Below, piece after piece: positions 34,279 through 43,476 of a DNA stretch of 64,000 nt (the first letter of the stretch is position 1; every line of letters starts with the position of its first letter). The DNA is from Alphaproteobacteria bacterium (lineage in GTDB: Bacteria > Pseudomonadota > Alphaproteobacteria > Caulobacterales > Aquidulcibacteraceae): positions 1,646 to 65,645 of the forward strand of contig JAIYAO010000200.1 of the NCBI GenBank assembly GCA_027488965.1, written 5' to 3'. The notes beneath the pieces are model-generated. The model was not told the origin of the DNA. It saw only the letters and a program-made list of their open reading frames with translations, and made no database searches. The position numbers and the translations under genes were made by a program.

Positions 34279-34920
34279 CTACTGGGCCGGCGCTTCGGCG
34301 GGGGCTGCGCCCTCGGCGGGTGCATCGGCCGGGGCCGCCTCGGCGGGCGCGGCTTCCACTGGCAGCGGCGCAGGCAGCGGTGCGGGGCTGGCCGCCTGGG
34401 CGCGCAGGAACGCCACGATGGCCACCTGGTCCTCCTGCTTGCGGTAGCCGGCGAAGGACATCTTGGTGCCGCGGATGTAGGTGGCTGGCGCGGCGATGAA
34501 CGCCGCCAGCTCGTCGAGCGTCCAAGGCTTGCCGTGCGCGGCCATCGCCTCCGAATACTGGAAGCCCGGGTGCGCGCCGGCCATGCGCCCGACGACGCCG
34601 TAGAGCGCAGGCCCGGTCCCGTTGGCGCCGCCGGCCTCGAAGGAGTGGCAGGCCACGCACGCCTTGTGGAGCTGTTCGCCCTTGGTGAGGATCGCCGGCA
34701 GGTTCGTGGCGTCCGCCAGCACCACGCCCCAGTCGATGGGCTTGGGGGCGGCATCGGCAGCGCCCGGGGCGGGCGCATCGGGGATGACGACCTCGTAGCC
34801 GGCCTTCTCGGGATAGTGCGCCTCGATGGCCGTTTCCGACACCGTCCGCAGCCCCAGCACGCCGAGGCACGAGGCCAGCACGGTGCCCAAAATCATGTTG
34901 CCGCGCAGGTTGCCACTCAT
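34279..34920 (-). CDS. membrane-anchored cytochrome c (CycM-like) with an Ala/Pro-rich tail
   Basis: Start at MSGNLRGNMILGTVLASCLG (TM anchor). CVACH haem site with distal Met (GTKMSFAG). Confidence 0.85.
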   Translation of the reverse strand: MSGNLRGNMILGTVLASCLGVLGLRTVSETAIEAHYPEKAGYEVVIPDAPAPGAADAAPKPIDWGVVLADATNLPAILTKGEQLHKACVACHSFEAGGANGTGPALYGVVGRMAGAHPGFQYSEAMAAHGKPWTLDELAAFIAAPATYIRGTKMSFAGYRKQEDQVAIVAFLRAQAASPAPLPAPLPVEAAPAEAAPADAPAEGAAPAEAPAQ

Positions 34921-35059
34921 CCGTCCGATCCGCCGATAGTAAAAGGGGCGCTCGCGACTCAAGGCCGCCGCCCTATGCGGCGCCCTTATGGCGCGCTATC
35001 GACCCCTCGCCAAGGCGGATGGCCCATGCCGCCGACCCTTTCGCGTCGAAGCGCCGCAC

Positions 35060-35767
35060 ATGTCCCGACCCCTCATCGTGATCCCCGCCCGCATGGCCGC
35101 CACGCGCCTGCCGGGCAAGCCGCTGGCCGACATCGGCGGCCGCCCGATGATCGCCTGGATGCTGGACCGCGCGCGCGCCGCAGACCTCGGCCCCGTGCTG
35201 GTGGCGGCGGGAGATGCGGAGATCGTGGCGGCGGTGGAGGCCGCGGGCGGCCGCGCCATCCTTACCGATCCCGCGCTGCCCTCCGGCACCGACCGCATCC
35301 ACGCCGCGGCGCAGGCGTTCGGCGGCGACCACGACGTGATCGTCAACCTGCAGGGCGACATGCCCACCATCGACCCCGCCACGATCCGGGCCGCCGTGGC
35401 CGCGCTCATCCCCGGCGCCGACATCGCTACGCTCGTCTCGCCGTCGGCCGATCCCGCCGACCGCGACAATCCCAACGTGGTGAAGGCCATCGTCGCCGCC
35501 GACGGCCGCGCGCTCTACTTCACCCGCGCCGCAGCCCCCTCGGGCGACGGGCCCGTGTGGCGCCACGTGGGCCTCTACGTCTATCGCCGCACCGCGCTGG
35601 CCCGCTTCGTTGCGGCGCCCCCGTCCCCGCTGGAGCTGCGCGAAAAGCTGGAGCAGCTGCGCGCGCTGGAAATGGGCATGACGATCTCCTGCGGCGTGGT
35701 GGATGCGTTCCCGAAAGGCGTGGATTCGCCGGCGGACCTGGAAGCGGCGCGGCGCGCGCTGGCGTAG
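35060..35767 (+). CDS. kdsB: 3-deoxy-manno-octulosonate cytidylyltransferase
   Basis: IVIPARMAATRLPGKPLADIGGRPMI and QGDMP motifs. Confidence 0.92.
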   Translation: MSRPLIVIPARMAATRLPGKPLADIGGRPMIAWMLDRARAADLGPVLVAAGDAEIVAAVEAAGGRAILTDPALPSGTDRIHAAAQAFGGDHDVIVNLQGDMPTIDPATIRAAVAALIPGADIATLVSPSADPADRDNPNVVKAIVAADGRALYFTRAAAPSGDGPVWRHVGLYVYRRTALARFVAAPPSPLELREKLEQLRALEMGMTISCGVVDAFPKGVDSPADLEAARRALA

Positions 35768-35781
35768 GCGCGTGGCGACGC

Positions 35782-35805
35782 CCGGTGAATCGGACGATTC
35801 ACCGG
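35782..35805 (+). terminator. hairpin after kdsB
   Basis: CCGGTGAATC-GGAC-GATTCACCGG. No U-tract. Confidence 0.35.
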
Positions 35806-35825
35806 TGGTCAAGACTGTCGAAACA

Positions 35826-35898
35826 GGACCGCCGGCGCCCTCGCCGGCATGCGGTGGTCCCGCTTGTGAGACTTGGCCGGCGAGGGCGCCGGCGGTCC
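35826..35898 (+). repeat. 73-bp hairpin repeat (GGACC-type), copy 1
   Basis: GGACCGCCGGCGCCCTCGCCGGC-loop-GCCGGCGAGGGCGCCGGCGGTCC. An inverted copy lies at 36490-36562. Confidence 0.85.
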
Positions 35899-35901
35899 AA
35901 C

Positions 35902-36426
35902 TCACGAAGAGTCGTGAAGTGCGACGGCAGAGCGCGCCACACCCACACACGGCTGCCCAAAAACAAAAGCCACCACCACCCGCGACCGCGTCACGCGCTT
36001 GACGATGTGCGCCGCCACGCGCGCCACGTGCGCATCGAGATTGTCGTAGAGATCCTTCAGCACCGCGAGGCGATCGATGATCGACCCGCGTGGCCGCGGC
36101 AATGTCCGGCGGAACTGGCGGCGCGCGTTGCCGCGCGCGTGCACGCGGCGAAAGCCGCGCCGAACCGACAGCGGGCGCACGCAGCGGCGGGCGCGCGTGC
36201 GCACCCAGCCGATCCTGCGCAGCGCGAGGCTGTGGATCAGGCCATGCATGGCGCGCACCGCATCGGCGAGAATCTTCCGCGTCAGCAGCTTCATGTCGCG
36301 CGGCAGCGCGCCCGCATCGAGCACACGAAACACCACGCCCATGAACACGCGCAGCACCGCGCGGATCTCGATGGAGAACGCGATGAGGTCTGCGGCGGTG
36401 CGGGTGAAGGTGAAGGCGTGTGTCAT
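35902..36426 (-). CDS. hypothetical basic protein (174 aa), bracketed by repeats
   Basis: ATG 36426 (MTHAFTFTR...). Arg-rich centre RTRARRCVRPLSVRRGFRRVHARGNARRQFRR. No recognised domain and no obvious RBS, so coding status is uncertain. Confidence 0.4.
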   Translation of the reverse strand: MTHAFTFTRTAADLIAFSIEIRAVLRVFMGVVFRVLDAGALPRDMKLLTRKILADAVRAMHGLIHSLALRRIGWVRTRARRCVRPLSVRRGFRRVHARGNARRQFRRTLPRPRGSIIDRLAVLKDLYDNLDAHVARVAAHIVKRVTRSRVVVAFVFGQPCVGVARSAVALHDSS

Positions 36427-36439
36427 GGGCGGAGCATGA

Positions 36440-36614
36440 CACGGGGTTTTCATCCCCCGGATTGGGAGATGAGAAAAAGTGGACGGCGTGGACCGCCGGC
36501 GCCCTCGCCGGCCAAGGGGCGCAAGCGGAACCACCGCATGCCGGCGAGGCCGCCCGCGGTCCTCATCGCCGCATAAACAGGGATAGCAGCTGTCGCTATC
36601 CCCCTATTTCGCGC
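36440..36614 (-). repeat. mosaic intergenic repeat, copy 2 (contains GGACC hairpin copy 2 at 36490-36562)
   Basis: The reverse complement carries GCGCGAAATAGGGGGATAGCGACAGCTGCTATCCCTGTTTAT ... CTCCCAATCCGGGGGATGAAAACCCCGTG, matching both ends of copy 1 (12310-12557). Confidence 0.75.
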
Positions 36615-36618
36615 CCGC

Positions 36619-37494
36619 CTACCGCTCGCAGTTCACGGAAAGGCGTTTGGCTGCGCGGGCCCACACCATGTCCGTGCAGGCGGCCAGGGCTGCGCGGCCC
36701 AGCACCACTTCATAGCGCGGCGGGTCGCCCTTGCGCGCGACGACGCGGATCACGTCGACGCCGTCGGGCGCGGCGATGGGCGCATCGGTGCGCGCGAGCG
36801 TGGGGCCGAAGGCGAACCCGCCCACGGACTGCGCGGTGGTGACGGGCTGGGTGAGCGTGGACAGGCCCAGCGGATAGGGCGTCTGGATGGGCGCGCCCGC
36901 GGCCGTGAGCAGCAGGGCGTCGGCGAGCAGCTGCGTCAGCGGGCGCGACAGCACCGTCTCCTCGCGCGCGAGGTCGAACGCCACCGAGACGCTCTCGTCC
37001 GCCAGCGTGGCGCGCCCCCGCCAGTACTCGGGGTTCTTCAGCGCGAAGGTGCGGGCCACGCTCCCCGGCGCGCCCTCGCGCAGCACGATGCGCACGCGGT
37101 CATAGGGGGCCACCCCCGGCCCGATGGCGCCGTCGATGGCGGGGTCGGCCGTGTAGGCCGCGCCGAACAGCCCCGCGAGCGCCCGCGCGCCGCGGCCGTT
37201 GGCGAATACGATCCGCGGCCGGGCGACGCGGCCCGTGAGGGACATGTCCTCCAGCGCCACCTGCGCGCGGACCATGGGCACGGGCCCCACGCCCAGCCGT
37301 CGGGCGGCGGCGGGGTTGAACACGATCACGTCGGGCAGGGTGGCGTCGACGATGAAGCGGGCGGGCCGGTCGTTCACACGCACGTCCACCACCGGCAGCG
37401 GCGCGGCGCGCAGGGTCAGTTCATCGGCCGCAGCCGCGACAGGGATCAGGGCGGCCAGAAACGCCCAGGCGATGGCGGCAAGCCAGGATTTCAT
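36619..37494 (-). CDS. secreted hypothetical protein, retropepsin-like fold suspected
   Basis: Signal peptide MKSWLAAIAWAFLAALIPVAAAA. VVDVRVNDRPARFIVDATLPDVIVFNPAAARRLGV follows the bacterial retropepsin-like pattern, but with DAT where DTG/DSG is expected. Confidence 0.5.
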   Translation of the reverse strand: MKSWLAAIAWAFLAALIPVAAAADELTLRAAPLPVVDVRVNDRPARFIVDATLPDVIVFNPAAARRLGVGPVPMVRAQVALEDMSLTGRVARPRIVFANGRGARALAGLFGAAYTADPAIDGAIGPGVAPYDRVRIVLREGAPGSVARTFALKNPEYWRGRATLADESVSVAFDLAREETVLSRPLTQLLADALLLTAAGAPIQTPYPLGLSTLTQPVTTAQSVGGFAFGPTLARTDAPIAAPDGVDVIRVVARKGDPPRYEVVLGRAALAACTDMVWARAAKRLSVNCER

Positions 37495-37510
37495 GGACGA
37501 CGGGTCGTGC

Positions 37511-37978
37511 TCAGGCCGCGTCGCTCTTGGGCGGGGTCTCGAACACGGAGATCAGGCCGTCGAGGCCGCGGGCGGCGCGCAGGCGCTCACGCACCTCCGC
37601 CCGGCGCAGGAAGCGGGCCACGCGGGCCAGCGCCTTGAGGTGGTCGGCGCCGCGTTCGGCGGGGGCCAGCAGCAGGAACACGAGGTCCGCGGGGCGGCCG
37701 TCGAGGGCGTCGAAGTCCACCGGGGGATCGAAGCGGGCGAAGGCGCCGATGGGGGTCTTCACGCCGGCGGCCCGCGCATGGGGGATGGCCACGCCTTCGC
37801 CCATGCCGGTGCCGGACAGCCGCTCGCGCAGCAGCACGGCGTCGAAGATGGCGCGGGCGTCGAGCCCCGCGCTTTCGGCCAGCGTTTCGCACACGGCCTG
37901 GAGGGCCTGGCGCTTGGAGGAGGCATGCACGCGCGGCAGGATCGCCGAGGGCGCGAGAAGATCGGACAGGTCCATCAT
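37511..37978 (-). CDS. ptsN: PTS EIIA-Ntr nitrogen regulatory protein
   Basis: Start MMDLSDLL. Phosphorylation-site region GEGVAIPHAR. Confidence 0.9.
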   Translation of the reverse strand: MMDLSDLLAPSAILPRVHASSKRQALQAVCETLAESAGLDARAIFDAVLLRERLSGTGMGEGVAIPHARAAGVKTPIGAFARFDPPVDFDALDGRPADLVFLLLAPAERGADHLKALARVARFLRRAEVRERLRAARGLDGLISVFETPPKSDAA

Positions 37979-38076
37979 CACCTTAACCCTCTTGGGGCCG
38001 CCACAACTCTGAGCCGTCATACGTCCGAAGTGACCAGTCGGCTGCAAGAAACGCTGCAGCGACCGGTTCGGCGCCG

Positions 38077-38718
38077 TCACGCGCCGTTGATTTTACCGTC
38101 GGCGCCGTTTCCTGCGGCGCCGTTGGCCCCGCGGCCGGGGTCCACCCAGCCGATGTTCCCGTCCGCGCGGCGATAGACCATGGCAAGGCCCCCATGGGCC
38201 GCATTGCGAAACAGCAGCGCGGGCTCCTCCATGAGGTCGAGCTGCATCACCGCCATGGCCACCGGCATGGTCCGCACCAGGGCGGTCGTCTCGGCGATCA
38301 CCAGCGGCGCCCCGGTCTCGGCCGGCGGGGGCGTCAGGTCCTCGCCATCGTCCTCTTCCACGTTCAGCGGCGCGAGCACATACGCCGGGGCGTCCTCGGC
38401 GGGAAGGGGGGATTTATTGTCGGCGTGGTGGTTGCGCAGGCGGCGCTTGTAGCGGCGGACCCGCTTGGAGATCTTGTCCAGGGCGTCGCTGAAGGCGATG
38501 TGGGCGTCCCCGCCCTGGCCCTCGGCCTGCAGGGTGATGCCGGAGGAGAAGTGGACCACGCAGTCCACCTCCACCCCGATCCGGGCCTTGCCGACGGTGA
38601 CGTGGGCGTCCGTGGCCCGGCCGGAATAGGGCGCGATCTTCTCCGTCAGCTCATCGGTGATGCGGGTGCGGAGGGCCTCCCCCACGTCCATGTGACGACC
38701 GGCGACCTGGATGCGCAT
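38077..38718 (-). CDS. hpf: ribosome hibernation promoting factor (long form)
   Basis: Start MRIQVAGRHMDVGEALRTRI. S30AE/sigma54-modulation domain plus C-terminal dimerisation-like domain (MPVAMAVMQLDLMEEPALLFRN). Confidence 0.9.
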   Translation of the reverse strand: MRIQVAGRHMDVGEALRTRITDELTEKIAPYSGRATDAHVTVGKARIGVEVDCVVHFSSGITLQAEGQGGDAHIAFSDALDKISKRVRRYKRRLRNHHADNKSPLPAEDAPAYVLAPLNVEEDDGEDLTPPPAETGAPLVIAETTALVRTMPVAMAVMQLDLMEEPALLFRNAAHGGLAMVYRRADGNIGWVDPGRGANGAAGNGADGKINGA

Positions 38719-38935
38719 GCTGGGCCTCTCCTTGCTCTGCAACAGCAGCAAGACAGCGGCGGCGACGGTGCGGAGCGGAGCCCCGGTCACGTCGCCGGAA
38801 TCGAGGCTCGCGCCGCTGGCCGGTGTTGTCAATGCGCGCGGGGGACATGGCGCAGTGACGTCCGCAGGCGCTGTTCAAGCGGGCGCCTGCGGGACGTTTC
38901 AGGGCGGATGCGCCAGGACGGCGCGGCGGGCGTGC

Positions 38936-39640
38936 TTAAGGCGCGTCCACCAGCACCAGTTCGGCGTCGGCGCTTGCGGTGATGTCCAGCACCGGCTCGT
39001 CGCGCAGGGCCGCGCCGTCGCGTTCGCCCAGCGCCACGCCGTTCACGGTCGCCGCGCCCTTCGCCACCACGAGGTAGGCGTTGCGCCCGGCGCCGAGATC
39101 GTAGCTCGTGCGCTCGCCGGCCTTCACCGTGGCGCCCAGCACGCGGGCGTCCTGGCGGATGGGCAGCGCGCCGGCCGCCTGGTCCTCGCCGAAGCCGGAC
39201 GCGAGCGTCACGAACTTGCCCGCGCGCTCGGCCTTCGGAAACTTCGCCGCGCCCCAGTAGGGTTCGCCGCCGCGGGTCTTCGGCAGGATCCAGATCTGGA
39301 AGAGGCGCGTGACCTCGTCGTCGAGGTTGTATTCCGCGTGCGTGACGCCGCGGCCCGCGCTCATCACCTGCACGTCGCCCGCTTCGGTGCGGCCTTTGTT
39401 TCCAAGCGAATCCTGGTGGGTGATCGCGCCTTCGCGCACGTAGGTGATGATTTCCATGTCCGCGTGGCTGTGCGGGGCGAAGCCGGTCTTCGGCTGGATC
39501 GCATCGTCGTTCCACACCCGGATCGCGCCCCACTGCGTGCGCTTGGGATCGTGGTAGCCGGAGAACGAGAAGTGATAGCGCGCGGCCAGCCAGTCGTTGT
39601 CGAACGTGCCGAGCGAATTGAACCTGCGAACGTCGATCAT
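38936..39640 (-). CDS. pirin family protein
   Basis: Cupin metal site PHSHADMEIITYV..G and GDVQVMSAGRGVTHAE. Confidence 0.9.
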   Translation of the reverse strand: MIDVRRFNSLGTFDNDWLAARYHFSFSGYHDPKRTQWGAIRVWNDDAIQPKTGFAPHSHADMEIITYVREGAITHQDSLGNKGRTEAGDVQVMSAGRGVTHAEYNLDDEVTRLFQIWILPKTRGGEPYWGAAKFPKAERAGKFVTLASGFGEDQAAGALPIRQDARVLGATVKAGERTSYDLGAGRNAYLVVAKGAATVNGVALGERDGAALRDEPVLDITASADAELVLVDAP

Positions 39641-39666
39641 TGTGTTGTCTCCTGCGGTGCGTGCGG

Positions 39667-40245
39667 TCAGGACTTGAGTTTCGCGGCGTAGGTGGCGATG
39701 CGCGCGCCGAACTGGCGCGCCGTTTCGCGGTCGCCGGCGGTGGGCGTCACGTCGGGGGCGGCGTTGTCGGACTGCGTGGCGAGGCCCACGGAGTACGACA
39801 GGCGGTTGACCGCGTCGGGCGCCGACGTGGTGTTGCCGTTGGGATTGCCCGGCGCCATGCCCGTGCCCACCCAGATCATCCCGTGCTGCATGGCCAGCAC
39901 GAAGATGGAGCCCAGCGTGTTGGCCTTGTCGCCGGCGAGGCTGAGCGAGTTGGTGAACCCGGCCGCCACCTTGTTGCGCCAGCCGCCCTGCATCCAGACC
40001 TTCGAGGACGCCTCGAAGAACGCCTTCAGCGGCGACGACACGTCGCCCATGTAGGTGGGCGAGCCGAAGATGATGGCGTCCGCCGCCGACGCGCGCTCGA
40101 GCATCTCGGTGAAGTCCTGCCCGGCGGTCTCGATCTTGAGCAGCAGGGGCTCGGCCCCGCCGGTGCGCACGCCGTCCGCGACGGCCTCGGCGACGACGGC
40201 GGTGTGGCCGTAGCCGGAATGGTAGACGATGGCGACGGTGGTCAT
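39667..40245 (-). CDS. flavodoxin-like NAD(P)H-dependent (quinone) oxidoreductase
   Basis: Start MTTVAIVYHSGYGHT. FGSPTYMG flavodoxin-fold motifs. Confidence 0.8.
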   Translation of the reverse strand: MTTVAIVYHSGYGHTAVVAEAVADGVRTGGAEPLLLKIETAGQDFTEMLERASAADAIIFGSPTYMGDVSSPLKAFFEASSKVWMQGGWRNKVAAGFTNSLSLAGDKANTLGSIFVLAMQHGMIWVGTGMAPGNPNGNTTSAPDAVNRLSYSVGLATQSDNAAPDVTPTAGDRETARQFGARIATYAAKLKS

Positions 40246-40340
40246 GGGAAGGCTCCTTGGGTTTGGGAGAGAGATAGCGCTTGCGGGTGCATCAACAAGG
40301 CGAATAGAAAAGACGCATTGTTTCCCGAAAGGCACTATCG

Positions 40341-41252
40341 ATGATGTCGCTGGACCTGTTCGTGGTGTTCGCCCGGGTGGCCGAGAGCGGCAGCTTCTCC
40401 AAGGCGGCCCGCGACCTCGGCCTGTCCAAGGCCACGGTTTCCAAGCGGGTGGCGGAGCTGGAGGCCGCGCTGGGCGTGGGCCTGGTGGCCCGCACCACCC
40501 GCCGCGCCGCCCTGACGGAGGCCGGCGAGCGCACGCTGGCCCGCGCCCAGCGCATCATCGAGGAGGCGGACGCCGCCCGCGACGAGGCCGTGGAGGCGCG
40601 CTCCTCCCCCAAAGGCCGGCTGCGCATCTCCGCGCCCATCACCTTCGGCGTCCGCTACCTCGCGGCCCTGCTGCCCGACTTCCTCACCGCCTACCCCGAC
40701 ATCGACCTCGACCTCTCCTTCGCCGACAAGACGGTGGACCTGATCGGGGACGGCTACGACGCCGCCGTTCGCATCCGCGCGCTGGAGGATTCAAGCCTGG
40801 TGGCCCGCAAGCTTGCGCCCGTGCGCGGGCACGTGGTGGCCGCGCCATCCTACTGGGACCGCCACGGCCGCCCGCAGCGCCCGGAGGATCTCACCCGCCA
40901 CGTCTGCTTCAGCTACGCCAACGTCTCCTCCCTCTGGCGGTTCGAGAACGCCGCGGGAGAGCGCGTGTCCGTGCGCGTGGAGAACAGCCGCCTTACCTAC
41001 GACAACGCCGACGCGATCGAGCCCGCGGTGTGCGCGGGCGTCGGCCTCGCGCGCCAGCCGGATTTCATCGCCTGGCGGGACATCGCCTCCGGCAAGATCG
41101 AGGCCGTACTGCAGGACTGGACGGCGGGCCCGGAGATGTGGCTGCACCTGCTGACGCCCCCCGGCCGCAGCGCACCGCGCAAGATGCGCGTGTTCAGCGA
41201 CTTCCTGCACGACCACTTCGGCGCGGGGCGCGCGCCGTGGGTGACGGGGTAG
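40341..41252 (+). CDS. LysR family transcriptional regulator
   Basis: N-terminal HTH FVVFARVAESGSFSKAARDLGLSKATVSKRVAELE. Divergent from the oxidoreductase gene. Confidence 0.92.
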   Translation: MMSLDLFVVFARVAESGSFSKAARDLGLSKATVSKRVAELEAALGVGLVARTTRRAALTEAGERTLARAQRIIEEADAARDEAVEARSSPKGRLRISAPITFGVRYLAALLPDFLTAYPDIDLDLSFADKTVDLIGDGYDAAVRIRALEDSSLVARKLAPVRGHVVAAPSYWDRHGRPQRPEDLTRHVCFSYANVSSLWRFENAAGERVSVRVENSRLTYDNADAIEPAVCAGVGLARQPDFIAWRDIASGKIEAVLQDWTAGPEMWLHLLTPPGRSAPRKMRVFSDFLHDHFGAGRAPWVTG

Positions 41253-41282
41253 GGGTGGGGTAACCCCCTCAGGCCAGAATGC

Positions 41283-42341
41283 TCAGCCGATCACCTTCGC
41301 CCGCAGTTCGGCGAGCCTGCGTTCCGTAATCTCCGCATCCCTTGCGAGGCCGGGATGCGACGGGTTGGCGTCCGCGATGGCCCGCGCGATCGGGTGGCTC
41401 CGCGCGTACCGTGCGATCGCGCCCGCGATGTCGCCCTGCGCCTCCAGAACGTCGCCGAGCCTTTCATAGCTGATGGACAGATCGCGCTGTGCTTCAGCCG
41501 AACCCGGATTGTCGCGGGCGAGACGCTCTCGTACGCCCAGTCCCGCCTCATAGCGTGCCTTTGCGCCGGCGAGGTCGCCGCCCTCGCGCAGAACGTCGCC
41601 CACCTCATCCGCCGCCACGGACCGTTCCCGCTCGTCGCCCGCCGCGTGCTCGGCCGCCAGCGCCGCATCCCGGGCGGCGTTCAGGTCGCCGGCTTCCCGC
41701 CGCAGGCGACAGAGTTCGATACACGTCCAGAAATCGTTCGGTTGCAGCTTGAACGCTTCCTCGTAGGCCGCGCGGGCCTTGGCCGTATCCACGCCCAGCA
41801 CCAACGCCCCGATCCTCCGCCATTTCTCCGCTGCCGCCGCGATGTCGCCGCGCGCATCCCGCTCCAGGGTGGCGATGGCGCCGGCGATATCGCCGGCCGC
41901 CAGTTCCCGGGCCGCTTCGTTCGCCGCCGGCGTCGCCTCCGCCACAATCTCCGCCGCCGCTGTGTCCCGGCGCTGGCGGGCTCCCGCGTCGAGCGGCGCG
42001 CCGCCCGCCGCCACGTTCTGCGCAGCCAGCCGGTCGAGTTGCGCCGTGACTGCCGCGAGCTGCGTCTTGAGGTCGTCGACATCCTTCTTTTTCGCTGTCG
42101 GCTCCGGCGCCACGATCTCCTTCACGCCCCGGGCGGGATTGAGCAGGAAGCGCACCGCCTTCGCCGCCGCCTCGAACAGCTGGACCACGGCCCACAGGGC
42201 CGCCAGCGTCACGACGCCCGACAACACAGCCAGCGCCCACACCGGCGCCTGCCCGATGGGGTCGTGCAGCAGTTCCGGCGTCCGCGCCACAAGCCACGCG
42301 CGCAGGCCGGCGGCGTCGTCCGCAAGCCAGGTTTCGAACAT
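41283..42341 (-). CDS. membrane-anchored TPR-repeat protein
   Basis: One TM helix (VWALAVLSGVVTLAALWAVV), a coiled-coil segment, then repeated GDLxGA..xYE units. Confidence 0.7.
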   Translation of the reverse strand: MFETWLADDAAGLRAWLVARTPELLHDPIGQAPVWALAVLSGVVTLAALWAVVQLFEAAAKAVRFLLNPARGVKEIVAPEPTAKKKDVDDLKTQLAAVTAQLDRLAAQNVAAGGAPLDAGARQRRDTAAAEIVAEATPAANEAARELAAGDIAGAIATLERDARGDIAAAAEKWRRIGALVLGVDTAKARAAYEEAFKLQPNDFWTCIELCRLRREAGDLNAARDAALAAEHAAGDERERSVAADEVGDVLREGGDLAGAKARYEAGLGVRERLARDNPGSAEAQRDLSISYERLGDVLEAQGDIAGAIARYARSHPIARAIADANPSHPGLARDAEITERRLAELRAKVIG

Positions 42342-42481
42342 CGCCGCTGACCCCCACTATACCCGCGCCAAGTTAGCCGCGGGCGCTCACGGCGCAAACG
42401 GCGGGGCTGCGCTTTAGCGGAATCGCCCCGGGTGTGCTTAGGTGGGGCGCGTCCGTCCGCGCTGCATGATCCGGAGATCCG

Positions 42482-42922
42482 ATGTCGCCCAGGTTCCTTC
42501 TTGCCGCCGCCCTCGCCGTGGGTCTCGCCGGTTGCGCCGCCCTCCAGAAGGAGGCGCCGGCTGCGGGCCCGCTCGCCTGCGGGACGCGCGACGTGAACGT
42601 GTACTTCGACGCGCAGTCCATCGAGCTCGACCGCGCCGCCCGCGACGTCATCGACCTCACAGGCAAAAGCCTCGCGGGATGCACCATCACGCAGGTGCGC
42701 ATCGTGGGCTCCTCCGACGTGGTGGGCCCCGACGACGCCAACGCGGAACTCTCCGCCCAGCGCGCCAAGGTGATGGCGGACTATCTCGTGGACACCTTCA
42801 AGTGGTCGCGCGAGACCATGCAGCTGCTGGCGACCGGCGAACGCGGCGCGGTGACGGACGCGGGCCTGGCCGTGCCCATGCGCCGGCGCGCGCGGATCGT
42901 GGTGGAGTCCGCGGCGCCGTGA
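42482..42922 (+). CDS. OmpA family lipoprotein
   Basis: Lipobox LAGC. OmpA_C pattern VYFDAQS..L...A...ID, IVGSSDVVGPDDANAELSAQRAKVMADYL and RRRARIVV. Confidence 0.85.
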   Translation: MSPRFLLAAALAVGLAGCAALQKEAPAAGPLACGTRDVNVYFDAQSIELDRAARDVIDLTGKSLAGCTITQVRIVGSSDVVGPDDANAELSAQRAKVMADYLVDTFKWSRETMQLLATGERGAVTDAGLAVPMRRRARIVVESAAP

Positions 42923-42929
42923 CGGCGCG

Positions 42930-43373
42930 CTAGCCGCCGCGGGCGAAGTAGAGGCGTTCGCGGCCGCGCGCGTCCATCAGCACGAGGTAGCCGGCGCGCA
43001 TCTGCACCATGCGCACCTCCTTCAGCGCCTCGAGGTACTTGGCCTCGATGGCCTTCATGTTGCCGTCGCACGCCTGTTCGCGGCCGTTGAGGCGCTCGAA
43101 GCGCAGGTCCATGCCCAGGTTGGGGGCGTCGGCGGTCCAGGCGGTGCAGGCGGTGACGCCCTCGGCGCGGTCGGCCTCGATCTTCAGCGAGGCGGCGAGC
43201 TTCATGCCCTGCGGCGCGTCGCGCACCATGGCCAGCGCCCATTGCCCTTCCAGCGTCGGCGGGGCGGGGCCGATGTCGGGCGCCCGGGGCGGGGCCACGG
43301 CCACCGGAGCCGGCGCGGTGGCGCAGGCGGCGCTCGCCAGCGCCAGCGTGACAGACAGACCAAGCGCGCGCAT
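42930..43373 (-). CDS. META domain (HslJ-like) lipoprotein
   Basis: Lipobox LASAAC. LEGQWAL...C..W.A...LRFE.L..RE.AC and YLEAL motifs. Confidence 0.7.
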   Translation of the reverse strand: MRALGLSVTLALASAACATAPAPVAVAPPRAPDIGPAPPTLEGQWALAMVRDAPQGMKLAASLKIEADRAEGVTACTAWTADAPNLGMDLRFERLNGREQACDGNMKAIEAKYLEALKEVRMVQMRAGYLVLMDARGRERLYFARGG

Positions 43374-43476
43374 GGCGGCATCCTTCGCGAAAGACGAGGA
43401 CGCAAGAATCGCGCGCGCGCCGTTTCCATCCCGTTAATGGGGGTGAACGCGGTCTGAAAGTTACGGTGGCAGCGGC

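Noticed and set aside
35826-36562. Integron-type gene cassette with attC sites
   Set aside because: The hairpins lack the GTTRRRY/RYYYAAC core sites. There is no intI, attI or cassette array, and the two copies are inverted rather than direct.
37511-38832. Missing rpoN upstream of hpf-ptsN as a rearrangement signal
   Set aside because: The gene upstream is a pirin with normal composition and no repeat or junction signature. rpoN linkage is not universal, so this is not treated as an anomaly.
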